Shown here piece after piece: positions 36,227-46,354 of a stretch of 50,980 bases of DNA (positions are counted from its first letter, which is position 1; every line of letters starts with the position of its first letter). The stretch is taken from NCBI GenBank assembly GCA_903875675.1, contig CAIQXC010000287.1, forward strand, positions 1 through 50,980, in the 5' to 3' direction. Source of the stretch: Akkermansiaceae bacterium. Lineage in GTDB: Bacteria; Verrucomicrobiota; Verrucomicrobiia; Verrucomicrobiales; Akkermansiaceae. A model generated the notes under the pieces. It was not told the origin of the DNA. It saw only the letters and a program-made list of their open reading frames with translations, and did not search any database. The translations under genes were made by a program, and so were the position numbers.

Positions 36227-37600
36227 ATGAAAATCATCTGCCTCTTATTCCAGTTGTTTTGGCTTGGTTGGCCAGCGACGGCCGCGCAACCCTGCAAGAT
36301 TGGGGTTGTTGACAAGACGAATGGCTGGCCGGTGCCGCTGGTTCGGCTCACCACCACGAATGATATCTCGTTGATCACCGACAACGCAGGACTCGTGGCC
36401 TTCGACGTGCCTGAATTCATGGGACGTGAGACATGGCTGACTGTCTCATCCGATGGCTATGAACTTAAACCGGATGGATTCGGAAATCGCGGGACCCGCT
36501 TCACTCCCGAGCCCGGCGGCTCATTTAAAATCGAAATCGATCGCATACAACCCGCCAAACGACTCGGCCGTCTGACCGGGGCCGGCATTTTCGCTGAAAG
36601 CCAAAAACTCGGTGAATGCGCAGCTTGGCAGGAATCCGGCGTCACCGGTTCCGATACCGTCCAGACAGCTGCCTACAAGGGGCGCTTGTTCTGGATTTGG
36701 GGCGACACGAATCTGCCTGCTTACCCGTTAGGCATTTTTGACACGCCAGCGGCCACGACGTCCCTCAAGCCCTTGGTATCACTGAAGCCACCAATCGGCA
36801 TCGTTTACGATTACGTTCGAAATGACAAAGGTATTCCACGAGGAACAGCCACCATGCCTGGCAAGGGGCCCAGCTGGGTGACGGGATTGGTCTCCCTTCC
36901 AGATCGGACTGGCAAGGAGCACCTCGTCGCCACATGTTCGAAGATTCCGGAGTTATTGAAAGCCGGAGAGATCGGGCTGGCGGAGTGGAATGAAACCATC
37001 TCGCGCTTCGAAGTTGTATCTACCATCTGGCGCCGATCCGCGGCGGAACCGGAGCCCCCAAATGTCTATCCAGACGGACACCCGGCCATCTGGAAGGATC
37101 CTGGCGGAAAATCTTGGCTCTACTTCAACGGTCCGCCGAATATGAAATGCCCGGCGACCTACGAGGCATGGAAGGACCGCTCGCAATGGCAGTCGATCGA
37201 AGCCCCCAAATCATTCAAGACCTCCGCTGGCGGGCCGGATGTGGTTGTGGCGTCAGGAGCGATTGCATGGAACAACTATCGGCAACGATGGATTCTCATC
37301 TTCCAACAGAAATTTGGCAAGCCCTCGGTCTTTGGTGAAGTCTGGTATTGCGAAGCCAAACAACCCGAAGGCCCGTGGAGCCCCGCCGTCAAGGTGGCCA
37401 CGCATGAAAACTATACCTTTTACAATGTGCAGATCGACTGGCAGCTCAGCTCCGCCGACGAATCGATTCTATTATTTGAGGGGACCTACACCACCACCTT
37501 CAGCGACAACCGGCTCAAGACACCGCGCTACGATTACAACCAAGTGCTCTATCGGTTGGATCTAGATGACCCGACCCTCGCACCTGCCCGCAGCGAATGA
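36227..37600 (+). CDS. Secreted hypothetical protein (N-terminal beta-sandwich plus probable beta-propeller, DUF4185-like)
   Basis: Signal peptide, LFWIWGDT, SGAIAWNNYRQRW, EGPWS and FEGTYT motifs. Confidence 0.6.
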   Translation: MKIICLLFQLFWLGWPATAAQPCKIGVVDKTNGWPVPLVRLTTTNDISLITDNAGLVAFDVPEFMGRETWLTVSSDGYELKPDGFGNRGTRFTPEPGGSFKIEIDRIQPAKRLGRLTGAGIFAESQKLGECAAWQESGVTGSDTVQTAAYKGRLFWIWGDTNLPAYPLGIFDTPAATTSLKPLVSLKPPIGIVYDYVRNDKGIPRGTATMPGKGPSWVTGLVSLPDRTGKEHLVATCSKIPELLKAGEIGLAEWNETISRFEVVSTIWRRSAAEPEPPNVYPDGHPAIWKDPGGKSWLYFNGPPNMKCPATYEAWKDRSQWQSIEAPKSFKTSAGGPDVVVASGAIAWNNYRQRWILIFQQKFGKPSVFGEVWYCEAKQPEGPWSPAVKVATHENYTFYNVQIDWQLSSADESILLFEGTYTTTFSDNRLKTPRYDYNQVLYRLDLDDPTLAPARSE

Positions 37601-37646
37601 GATTCCGGCGCTAGGTGTAGAGAACTTACCCCCGGCCTCACCGCAT

Positions 37647-38240
37647 TCAGTCATTATGGCAGGGCGCGTCGGGGAAATGTTTTCTTTGGCACTCGGGACA
37701 AATGCCATGGGTGAATCTCAGGCCGGAGTGTTCGGACACGTATTGCTCGAGTTGGCTCCAATAGCCGCTATCTTTGCGGACCTTGCTGCACCAGGAACAG
37801 ACCGGAAGGAGTTCCTGCAAACTCTTCACCTCGGCTTCCTGCGCGGCTTTGAGCTTGGCTCTGGCATCCACGCTCTCCGTCACGTCGATGCAACTTCCGA
37901 TATAACCGGCAAACCGGCCGGCGGCATCGTTGAAGGGCACGCCGCGGTCGAAGAGCCAGCGGAACTCACCATCCGAGCGGCGCAAGCGGTACTCCATCTC
38001 GAAGACTTCCTGGCGGGCAAATGCGCGGGTGTATAGGTTCAAGCAACGATCCAAATCATCGGAATGCACCCCGCTGGCCCAGCCATTGCCCATTTCCTCC
38101 TCCATGGCTCGCCCGGTAAACGCCAGCCACCGGGCATTGAAGTAATCACATCCCATCGTTAGGTCAGCCCGCCAAATCAAAATGGGTGCCTGTTCGACGA
38201 GGGTCTTGTATTCGGTGAATTGCAGGTCGCGCGTCGTCAT
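37647..38240 (-). CDS. PAS/PAC domain protein with a C-terminal CxxC...HGICPxC domain
   Basis: PAS_3 motifs YFNARW, VHSDD, EYRLRRSDGEFRW and GSCIDVTE, then LLPVCSWCSKVR...W...FTHGICPEC. Confidence 0.85.
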   Translation of the reverse strand: MTTRDLQFTEYKTLVEQAPILIWRADLTMGCDYFNARWLAFTGRAMEEEMGNGWASGVHSDDLDRCLNLYTRAFARQEVFEMEYRLRRSDGEFRWLFDRGVPFNDAAGRFAGYIGSCIDVTESVDARAKLKAAQEAEVKSLQELLPVCSWCSKVRKDSGYWSQLEQYVSEHSGLRFTHGICPECQRKHFPDAPCHND

Positions 38241-38251
38241 CTGGGCAATCT

Positions 38252-38935
38252 TCACTTTTTTGGGGCGGGCTTGGTCACCGGAATATCCTGGCAGGTGGCG
38301 ATGCGTGCCCGGTTAGAGGCGTCATCAAAGTAGGCATAGATCAGAAAGCGCATCCCTGGGGCGAAGCGCAGCAGGTTTTCATTGACGGTTCGCCACGAGT
38401 CATCCTGCTGGAACTCGGCGAGCAGGGCACCCATGTTGAAGGCGTCGAGGTTTTTTGGGCGGCCGAAGGTGTGAACCATGCCGGTGTGGAGCGTGACCGG
38501 GTTGTCGTCGATGGTGAAACGGACGTCCTGGCTGCAGAAGTTGGCAACCAAGGCACCGCTATCCGGGAAGTTGGCGGAAAAATCCTCGATCACAAATGTC
38601 CGCCATGGCAGGGAATCGCTCGCGTTTACGGCTGGCGCAAATACCAAGATAGCGGATTTCATGTTGGCTGGAACCGTGGCGAGCGCGGCGGGTTTGAGGT
38701 CCGATGCCGTCAAAAAGGTGATGGCATCCCCCTTGGCGTGGCAAACGACAGGCGCGGAAAACGTGTTAGGCGGGACGGTGCAGGGGGTTTTGACGCCTTT
38801 GGCCGAGAGGTTTATCAGTGATGGGGGGGCTGCCGCACCATCAAGACACACGAAGCGGCAACTCACTTTTCGGGCATCTTGGGAATTACCCAAAGCGGGA
38901 CACAGCACAAACAGACAAATGCATAACAGGCGCAT
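38252..38935 (-). CDS. Secreted hypothetical protein
   Basis: Signal peptide MRLLCICLFVLCPALG and typical codon pattern. No family recognised. Confidence 0.6.
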   Translation of the reverse strand: MRLLCICLFVLCPALGNSQDARKVSCRFVCLDGAAAPPSLINLSAKGVKTPCTVPPNTFSAPVVCHAKGDAITFLTASDLKPAALATVPANMKSAILVFAPAVNASDSLPWRTFVIEDFSANFPDSGALVANFCSQDVRFTIDDNPVTLHTGMVHTFGRPKNLDAFNMGALLAEFQQDDSWRTVNENLLRFAPGMRFLIYAYFDDASNRARIATCQDIPVTKPAPKK

Positions 38936-39152
38936 CGGGGGAGGTGTGGTGAGGTGGTGACGTAGTGAAGTGCTTGATCTGTTGGACGGAAGCGGGGCTG
39001 GCTGGCCACCGACGATCCCATTGGGGACGCAGAATACAAGCGGAATTGTGAATGTGATACCCATTCGCGCCGCGAGCCACCGGCCAGAATCCTACGGGCC
39101 ACCGTGACACGGACTTTCTGCCCGCTGGCATTTTTTCAACTTTTTAAGGGTG

Positions 39153-40085
39153 TTAGAAAGTGGAGCGGATGCCGAGGTGGAACTGGAGGATGTCGTGCTC
39201 GCGCTGGAGAGATGTGCCGAGCGCCTGGTTGGTATCCAGCAACCCGCCATTGACGATCCGATAGTATTGCGCGGCGGCGTAGAGCGTGGTGTTGATATCT
39301 TTGGTTGATAGGTATTTCAGCGGCAGGCTGAGCTTCAGGGCGGCGCTCATGAACCCGATGCCGCCTGCTGCTGGCCGCCCGCCACTGTCTTGATAGAAAC
39401 CCTCTGGCACCCATGTGAGGAAGGCCGGCAACTCCAGCTTGAGCGGGCCGAACTGATGCTGTGGGATGATGCCCAAGCGCAATGAATAACTTTCCCCGGC
39501 GATTTCCGGATCAATGACCGCGGTGGTGGAGCCGTGGATCTGCGGCCGGTACTCCACAAAGGGATGCAGTGCCTCATTTCCCAATAGCTCCGTATCGTCG
39601 TATGTCACTGCGAGGGCAAAATCCCAAGCGGTGGAGTAGGACTGCGTCTGGCTGAGATAGGCGGAGCAGAAGGCGGTCAACTGCCAATCGCGCTCTACGA
39701 TGCATGTGAGGCCGGAGAACAGGTCCACCTCGCGCCAGTTGCCGGGGTCCGTGCCGCCCGGGTGCGAATGCCAATTTCCCCAGCCACCCGCGGAGAAGGT
39801 GACATTGCCGAGCCAGTCGGCTGGATCCGCATGGAGCGGGGTGTAGAACGAAAGTAACGGTTGGATGATGAGCCCCTGATTTTCCAGGATCAAGCCGTGC
39901 GGGGTGACGTCCTGATCGGTGCAATCCAGATTGAACACCGCGTGCAGGGAGCCGGGGCGCGGGTAACCCACCACCGGTGCCCAGTAGGCTTCTTGGGCAA
40001 AGGGCACACCCGGCATGTCCGCCAATTCCCCGGCCCGCATCAGGGCGGGCGGCACCAAGGCCAAAATGATCAACAGGCGCATCAT
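39153..40085 (-). CDS. Putative outer-membrane beta-barrel protein
   Basis: Signal peptide, alternating aromatic/hydrophobic strands, and a C-terminal Phe (QFHLGIRSTF). Confidence 0.55.
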   Translation of the reverse strand: MMRLLIILALVPPALMRAGELADMPGVPFAQEAYWAPVVGYPRPGSLHAVFNLDCTDQDVTPHGLILENQGLIIQPLLSFYTPLHADPADWLGNVTFSAGGWGNWHSHPGGTDPGNWREVDLFSGLTCIVERDWQLTAFCSAYLSQTQSYSTAWDFALAVTYDDTELLGNEALHPFVEYRPQIHGSTTAVIDPEIAGESYSLRLGIIPQHQFGPLKLELPAFLTWVPEGFYQDSGGRPAAGGIGFMSAALKLSLPLKYLSTKDINTTLYAAAQYYRIVNGGLLDTNQALGTSLQREHDILQFHLGIRSTF

Positions 40086-40119
40086 GGGGAAGATCGGCGG
40101 TTGGGGTGGTGCCAGCGAT

Positions 40120-40770
40120 CTAACGGTCAGGGCGGGCGCACAAGTTATAGCCTTCCTGGGCTTTGGGGTAATCGGGGTTGATGCCTAACAGCAGGATAAA
40201 TTTGGTGTTTGCCGTGGCAGGATCCCCGGCCCGCAAGGAGGACCAGGCAGCGCCGCTCAGGGCGTCCGGATCGTCCGGGTAATTGACCAGCACGCGGGAA
40301 AAATCGACCGCAGCCTTGTCATATTCTTTTTGCGCGTAATGGAGGCCTCCGAGCGCCATGAGGGCGCGATAGTTGATCGGATCCACGCGCAGCACGGCAT
40401 CGGCGGCCCGTGCGGTATTGCGGATGTCGAGCATGGCTTGGGCGGCGTTGAGCGACCCGAGCAGCGCATTGAGCGAGGAGGGTTTCAAACTGGCGGCCTG
40501 ATGGTAGGCTTGGGCGGCATCCGCGTACTGGCCAGCTTGGTAGTGCAGCCAACCGGACCGCAAGGTGGCGATGAACGGGTCGCCGCCGCGTTGCTGATAG
40601 GACTTCATGGAGCTGATGGCAGCGGCATAGTCCTTGCTTTTCTCGGCCTTGGTGGAGGTTTCGAAAATCTTGCCGAGGGCAACCGGATCGGGTGCCGCAG
40701 GAGCGGCTGATAGCGGAGCGCCGCCGTCAAGTGCGGCGAGCAGAATGAGAAACATGGGCAAGCGACGCAT
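40120..40770 (-). CDS. Secreted tetratricopeptide repeat protein
   Basis: Signal peptide and TPR patterns GWLHYQAGQYADA and ALGGLHYAQKEYDKA. Confidence 0.8.
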   Translation of the reverse strand: MRRLPMFLILLAALDGGAPLSAAPAAPDPVALGKIFETSTKAEKSKDYAAAISSMKSYQQRGGDPFIATLRSGWLHYQAGQYADAAQAYHQAASLKPSSLNALLGSLNAAQAMLDIRNTARAADAVLRVDPINYRALMALGGLHYAQKEYDKAAVDFSRVLVNYPDDPDALSGAAWSSLRAGDPATANTKFILLLGINPDYPKAQEGYNLCARPDR

Positions 40771-40855
40771 GGCGGGTGGGATGGGAGGCGAGGGCGGCCG
40801 ATGAATGTGCCCCTCGCTGAAAATTTGTCAAGGTTGAGGGAAATGGCCAGGGGCG

Positions 40856-43630
40856 TCATGGTTTCTGATAGAGAAACATGGTTTTGCCTGCCGAGTAGCT
40901 GCAAGTGTCATTGAGATAACCGCCATTGGTTCCTCCGAAGACGAGCATTTCAATGCCGGTCCAGATGGCGGTGTGGCCGCTGCGGTTGGGAGGAGCGCCG
41001 GTATTGGAAGTGACAGCCCAGATGCCGGTGAGCGGAGCATAGTGCCCGCCGAGGCCGAGATAAGCGCCGCTGTAGCCGCCCCAGACGATCATTTCGGTGC
41101 CGCTCCAAACAGCGCTTTGATAGCTGCGGGCCACTGGAGCGCCGACCGTGATGGTGGCGGTCCAGGTGTTGGCGGTGGGGTCAAAGAGGGCCCCGTCGGC
41201 GAGGTTGGCGCTGCCGTTGTAGCCACCCCAGACGAGCATTGTCGAACCGGTCCAGAGTGCCGTGTGATCGGAGCGGGTGCCTGGCTCGTTGGTGGTAGGC
41301 AGGGTGACCCAGGTGTTAGTGGTTGGGGTGAAGCGGGCCCCATCCCCGAGGTGGGTGGTGGTGCCGTTATAGCCGCCGAAGATGATCATTTCGGTGCCGG
41401 TCCAGACGGCGCTGTGGTCGCTGCGGATGCTCGGTGCGTTGGTGGTACTCATGGCCGTCGGATTCCAGACGCCGGTTGTGGGGTTGAAACGGCCTCCATT
41501 GTTTAAGTAGGCGCTGCCGTTGTAACCGCCCCAGACGAGCATCTCTGTGCCCGTCCAGACCGCAGTGTGATAGTAGCGCATACCCGGACTGTTCAACGAC
41601 GGCAGCGCGCTCCACGAGTTGCTGGACGGATTGTAACGGGCACCATCGCCGAGGTAGGCACCGCCGTTGTAGCCGCCCCAGATGATCATTTCTGTGCCGG
41701 TCCAGACGGCGGTGTGGAGGTAGCGGGAGCTTGGCGCGCCGGTGCTGCTGATTGTGGTCCAGACGTTGGTGGTCGGGTCGAATCGAGCTCCGTCGCCGAG
41801 GGCGCTGCCGTTGTAGCCGCCCCAAATGATCATCTCGGTGCCGCTCCAGATGGCAGTGTGATTGGCGCGGCCACCAAGCGGGCAGGCGGGCGCGGCGGAG
41901 CTCCACGAGTTGCTGCTGTTATTGAAACCGGCGCCATCCGGGAAATAGCTGGTGCCGTTGCCCCCGCCCCAGACAATCATTTCGCTGCCGCTCCAGACGG
42001 CTGTATGGCCATAGCGGGCGCTTGGGGTACCTATCGGATTCATAGCGCTGGTGTTCCAGACATTGGTGACGGGATTGTACCGACCACCGCTATTGATGGC
42101 GGCAGTGCCGCTGTAACCGCCCCAGACGATCATTTCGGTATTTGTCCAGACTGCGGCATGGGAGTCGCGGGCGGCTGGCGCATTCACGGCAGAAATCGTG
42201 CTCCAGAGGTTGGTTGTCGGGTTGTAGCGGGCACCATCGGCAAAATCCGCGCTGCCGCTGTAGCCGCCCCAAACGACCATGTATGTGCCGGACCAAACAG
42301 CGGTGTGGAAATAGCGAGCGCTTGGGGCGGCGGTGGGGTTCATGGAAACCCAGACGTCAGTGGTTGGATTGTATCGGGCACCATCGGCCAGACCGGTGCT
42401 GCCATTCATGCCGCCCCAGATGAGCATTTCGCTGTTTGACCAGACTGCTGACTGATAGATGCGGGCGGAAGGCGCATTGGTGACGCTGAGTGCCGACCAG
42501 GTATTGGTGGTGGGATTAAAACGGGCACCGGTATTGAGGTAGGTGCCGTTGAATCCACCCCAGACGATCATCCCGGCTCCGTCCCAGACTGCGGTCGGGT
42601 TGCTGCGCGGCACAGGGGCATTGGTGGCGGGGATGCTGGTCCAAGTGTCGGTAGTCGGGTTATAGCGGGCACCGTCATTGAGATAGGTGCTGCCGTTGTA
42701 ACCGCCCCAGATGAGCATTTCCGTGCCGGTCCAGATGGCCGTGTGATTGGTGCGGCGGGTGGGTGCGCCGGAGGCATTGAGAGCGGTCCAGGAATGGGTT
42801 GTGGGGTTGTAGTTGGCACCATCGCCGAAGTATCCGTTGCTGGTGTGATACCCCCCCCAGACGATCATGCCGGCAGAGGTCCAGACGGCCGTGTGACCGC
42901 TTCGGGCTGAGGGCGAGCCATTGCCCCGCAACTGCCAGCCATCGGCCAGCGTGGTGGTACCGATCTTGACGAAACCCGCAGCGACCAACGCCGCGCTCTC
43001 TGCGGCCGATAGCACCAAGCCACCACTGCCAACCGCGCTTTGTCCGCTTGCGCTCAGGTTTGCGGAGGCCGCACCGGAAGCCAACTGGGTGGAACCCACC
43101 GAGCCGCTGGCCAGTTGCGAGGCCCCCACCGCGCCATTGGCCAGTTGTGCGGTGCCTACCGCGCCGGCAGCGATTTTGGCCGTGGTGATACTGCCGTCGG
43201 TGACGTTGCCGGCCATCATGGCATAACCCACGGCGGCGATGCGCTGATCTGGAGTGAGAAGTTGCGAGCCATGGGTGCCATCGTTGAACCACACACGCAG
43301 TCTCACGTCGGTATTGCTGAACACACTTGCCGGGATCGCCTGCATGTTGCCCAACGACGTGTCGCCCAGTTTCACCGTATAAAGCCCTTTGGTCACGGGC
43401 AGGGTGACTCCCGCGGTGGGTTGACTGCCGCCGGCGCTGGTGCCGTCATTGCTCCAGAATGTGGTGGCACCGGTGCTGTTGACCAAGGCGAACCGGAAGG
43501 TGCCGGTGCCATCAAAGTTCGTGGTGCCGACGAGCACCCGTCCCTGATAGTTGATGATTTGGGGCACCTGCGCCCGCAGCCCAAGGGATGCCAATAGCGA
43601 AAACAGGACAACAATAAGGACGCGGTACAT
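40856..43630 (-). CDS. Secreted Kelch-repeat protein (14 repeats) with a fibre-like N-terminus
   Basis: 14 copies of R..HTAVWTG.EM.VWGG, an N-terminal QVPQIINYQGRV domain, and 10-aa GAVGxxQLAx repeats. ATG at 43630. Confidence 0.85.
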   Translation of the reverse strand: MYRVLIVVLFSLLASLGLRAQVPQIINYQGRVLVGTTNFDGTGTFRFALVNSTGATTFWSNDGTSAGGSQPTAGVTLPVTKGLYTVKLGDTSLGNMQAIPASVFSNTDVRLRVWFNDGTHGSQLLTPDQRIAAVGYAMMAGNVTDGSITTAKIAAGAVGTAQLANGAVGASQLASGSVGSTQLASGAASANLSASGQSAVGSGGLVLSAAESAALVAAGFVKIGTTTLADGWQLRGNGSPSARSGHTAVWTSAGMIVWGGYHTSNGYFGDGANYNPTTHSWTALNASGAPTRRTNHTAIWTGTEMLIWGGYNGSTYLNDGARYNPTTDTWTSIPATNAPVPRSNPTAVWDGAGMIVWGGFNGTYLNTGARFNPTTNTWSALSVTNAPSARIYQSAVWSNSEMLIWGGMNGSTGLADGARYNPTTDVWVSMNPTAAPSARYFHTAVWSGTYMVVWGGYSGSADFADGARYNPTTNLWSTISAVNAPAARDSHAAVWTNTEMIVWGGYSGTAAINSGGRYNPVTNVWNTSAMNPIGTPSARYGHTAVWSGSEMIVWGGGNGTSYFPDGAGFNNSSNSWSSAAPACPLGGRANHTAIWSGTEMIIWGGYNGSALGDGARFDPTTNVWTTISSTGAPSSRYLHTAVWTGTEMIIWGGYNGGAYLGDGARYNPSSNSWSALPSLNSPGMRYYHTAVWTGTEMLVWGGYNGSAYLNNGGRFNPTTGVWNPTAMSTTNAPSIRSDHSAVWTGTEMIIFGGYNGTTTHLGDGARFTPTTNTWVTLPTTNEPGTRSDHTALWTGSTMLVWGGYNGSANLADGALFDPTANTWTATITVGAPVARSYQSAVWSGTEMIVWGGYSGAYLGLGGHYAPLTGIWAVTSNTGAPPNRSGHTAIWTGIEMLVFGGTNGGYLNDTCSYSAGKTMFLYQKP

Positions 43631-43871
43631 GAGGGTTGGCTTGGGATTTCGGGTTGAGATGGGATTCCGACGCCGCGACGAAATGCGTTCGCGTCGTGAA
43701 TCAAACCCGGGCAATTTGGCCGGGTCACCCCAGGATGCGAAGGGAAAAGTTGTAAAGTTTTAGTAAAGGTCTCCAGGTCGAATCGCGGTCCGCTTGCTCC
43801 GGGGCCTGTCAGTTAGATCGTGGCGACGTGTCTATGACCGCCGATGACCATGAGCTGCCAACAAATCCGCC

Positions 43872-45305
43872 TCAGAACACTGGACCTCGATCTTGTTCTG
43901 TGTTCGTTTGATGAGGCTGGAAAAGCCCGCGGTCTGCCAGATGCTGCAACCACGGCTCGAAGTCCAACTCCGGGCAGCAGGCGTGAGCCACGGCCGCCAA
44001 ATCGGCGTGGCTGCGCGTACCATCCATCGCGGCAAGCACTTCGTAATGGGCCGGGGGAAACCCCCAAGGCATGTGCCAGACATCTACGAAAGGCAGGCCG
44101 CGCCGGGCACAGGCCAGCAACAGGGGATTGAGCGAGGGGTGCGACGGCGGCCGTGCATCATAGCGCAGCGCCTCAATGCGCGGGCGGATCAACCCGTGGA
44201 TGATCCCATCGTACACCAGTCGGGCCAATGCGGCCGAATCTGCCTCCGGCATGGCAGCAACGATTTGACGCATCGGCACACAGGACGGGGCCACAGCCGC
44301 CAGCGATTGATAGAGCGCTTGCGCCAGCGGGGTCGCGCCGGTGGGGGTGACCTCGCCCGCCCGGACTGCCAGATCGAAGAGCCCGTCGTTTGACAGGCCA
44401 GGCCGCGTGGGGGCGTCATCGCGGCACAGGACGCCTGAGCGGAAGGTGCGGCCGACGGCAAAATCGGCGGCGAGTTGAGCATGCAGCGGGGTGGCGGCGA
44501 GTGGGGTGAGTGCCTCGCGTGAGGCGTCGCTGAGGACGGAGGGCAGGTTTTCGGAGGGATCACTTTCGCCGATCCAACGCAGGCCGGCGTGGGCGGCGGC
44601 CAGGACAAATTGATCGAATCGCCATGGATCATTGACCGGAGCGAAGTCATCGAACGGCAGGATATCAGGGCCCTTGGCCAACATGTCATCGATGATCCAG
44701 CGGAGATGAGCTCCGTGGGGAGTGGCCTCGTCAAGGGTATCACGCAGCAGATTGAGGGTGGCGATGAGTTCCCAGCCGGTGGCCGCCTGCAGGTCCCGCA
44801 CCATGGCGATAATGGGTTGGCGGTGGGCCCAGCCAGCGGCAAGGTTGAAGCTGATGGTGGCGACGCCGGCAGGTGCCAGATGACGGCGGCAGAAATCCAG
44901 CAAGGTGAGTTTCACCTCATCGGGCACCCACGAGAAAACCCCGTGGGCAATGATGTAATCGAAGGGTTCCTCGCCCGGGTCGAAATAACGCAAATCCACT
45001 GCGTGAAACTCCGCGTTACCTATCCCCGCCTCCACCGCAACTTGCCGCGCCTCCGCGATCGCCGGAACCGCCAAATCAATGCCCACCCACCGGCTCTTCG
45101 GCCAGCGCAGGGCCAGTGGCAACAGGTTGTGGCCCGATGCACAGCCAATCTCAAGCACCCGGGCGTGGCCGGGCTCGGCGGTGGTAAGACCGCCTAGACG
45201 CGCGGCCACCGCCGTCACTGCGGGGTCGCTGAGCGGATGGCTCATCGCCGGATAGCGACGGGTTTGATAGAGCTGGTCAACGGGGCAATCGGCGGTGGAC
45301 GGCAT
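43872..45305 (-). CDS. Class I SAM-dependent methyltransferase with a methyltransferase regulatory domain
   Basis: RVLEIGCASGHNL, GIDL and FDYIIAHGVFSWVP. Start is ATG 45305 (alternative TTG 45338). Confidence 0.85.
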   Translation of the reverse strand: MPSTADCPVDQLYQTRRYPAMSHPLSDPAVTAVAARLGGLTTAEPGHARVLEIGCASGHNLLPLALRWPKSRWVGIDLAVPAIAEARQVAVEAGIGNAEFHAVDLRYFDPGEEPFDYIIAHGVFSWVPDEVKLTLLDFCRRHLAPAGVATISFNLAAGWAHRQPIIAMVRDLQAATGWELIATLNLLRDTLDEATPHGAHLRWIIDDMLAKGPDILPFDDFAPVNDPWRFDQFVLAAAHAGLRWIGESDPSENLPSVLSDASREALTPLAATPLHAQLAADFAVGRTFRSGVLCRDDAPTRPGLSNDGLFDLAVRAGEVTPTGATPLAQALYQSLAAVAPSCVPMRQIVAAMPEADSAALARLVYDGIIHGLIRPRIEALRYDARPPSHPSLNPLLLACARRGLPFVDVWHMPWGFPPAHYEVLAAMDGTRSHADLAAVAHACCPELDFEPWLQHLADRGLFQPHQTNTEQDRGPVF

Positions 45306-45362
45306 GGCGGGGGAAATCTGGGGTCCTTGCAAAGTCAAAGAGGTTGTTACTTTTCAGAAGCC

Positions 45363-46106
45363 TCACTGGGAAAGTTTGCGGACATCAATGCGCTCCCAGA
45401 ACATCCGGTCGCGCCAATCGTCAAACGCCGCGTCGAACGGCGCAAGCCGCGAGCGAGTCGCCACCTCCGCGCCAGCCACCAGCACCTCGTTCATGCTTTC
45501 GGAGGTCGTTAGACTGCGTACCACGGGAAACGTCTCCCGCAGGATTTGGCGGGTCTGCGACTGCATCCGGCGGTGACCGCTGCCGGTGACCAGATTGAGC
45601 GCCAGCAGCCCGCCGGCAGCCACCGCACGGCGCAGATGGCCGAGCAGCGCCGCGTCCCACACTCGCGAGCGGAACACATCGGTCTTACCCGCCAGATAGA
45701 TATCATCGAAGACCACGTCGAAGCGCCGCCGGTTCCTGGCGAGCCACGGATAGGCGTCGGCGGTGATGATTTCCAGGTCGAGGGCACCCAGATTCATGTG
45801 GGCATGGGCGAGGGCGAGGATTTCCGCATCGATGTCGATCGCGGTGATCCGGCACTCCGGTAGCAAATGCCGCAACACCCGGCAGGCGGTGCCCCCCGCC
45901 AAGCCGAGCATCAGCAGCGAGCGCGGCGGACCGGCGGCACGCAGCAGCGCGGCGGCGGCGATGAGGTCCCACGCCAGGCCCGTTAGAAACCGTGAGCGAT
46001 GGTGGGATGCATGGATCGCCCCCGCCACCCGGAACTCGGTGCTCGTATCGGATTGCCAAAGCTCGAGGGCTTGGAAGCGGGTTTGGAAGGTTCCTGTGCG
46101 GCGCAT
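45363..46106 (-). CDS. Spermidine synthase-like SAM-dependent methyltransferase
   Basis: MLGLAGGT, AIDIDAEI, ADAYPW and FDVVFDDIY. Confidence 0.75.
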   Translation of the reverse strand: MRRTGTFQTRFQALELWQSDTSTEFRVAGAIHASHHRSRFLTGLAWDLIAAAALLRAAGPPRSLLMLGLAGGTACRVLRHLLPECRITAIDIDAEILALAHAHMNLGALDLEIITADAYPWLARNRRRFDVVFDDIYLAGKTDVFRSRVWDAALLGHLRRAVAAGGLLALNLVTGSGHRRMQSQTRQILRETFPVVRSLTTSESMNEVLVAGAEVATRSRLAPFDAAFDDWRDRMFWERIDVRKLSQ

Positions 46107-46354
46107 CGCGGGAAAGGCTGAACCGCGCCGCCCGACACGTCAAGCGAGCGTCGGCACCGGTCAGAACCGGGTTGATTGCGGATTCAGCTCTAAAACGTGC
46201 ATCGATCTCCGGCCCGCCAGGTCCAGCCGTCATACGCCGCTCACAATCCGGATAGATATCGAACAGGCTCTGGAATTTCCAACCACGCTCGATGCTCAGC
46301 GGCGCAAACCTCTGAACCTGTGCTTTCCCAGCGGGCGCGGATGAGCTATAAATC

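Noticed and set aside
40930-42910. Regularly spaced DNA repeats resembling a CRISPR array
   Set aside because: The period is about 145 nt, the repeats are degenerate at third codon positions and in frame with Kelch repeats, and there are no cas genes.
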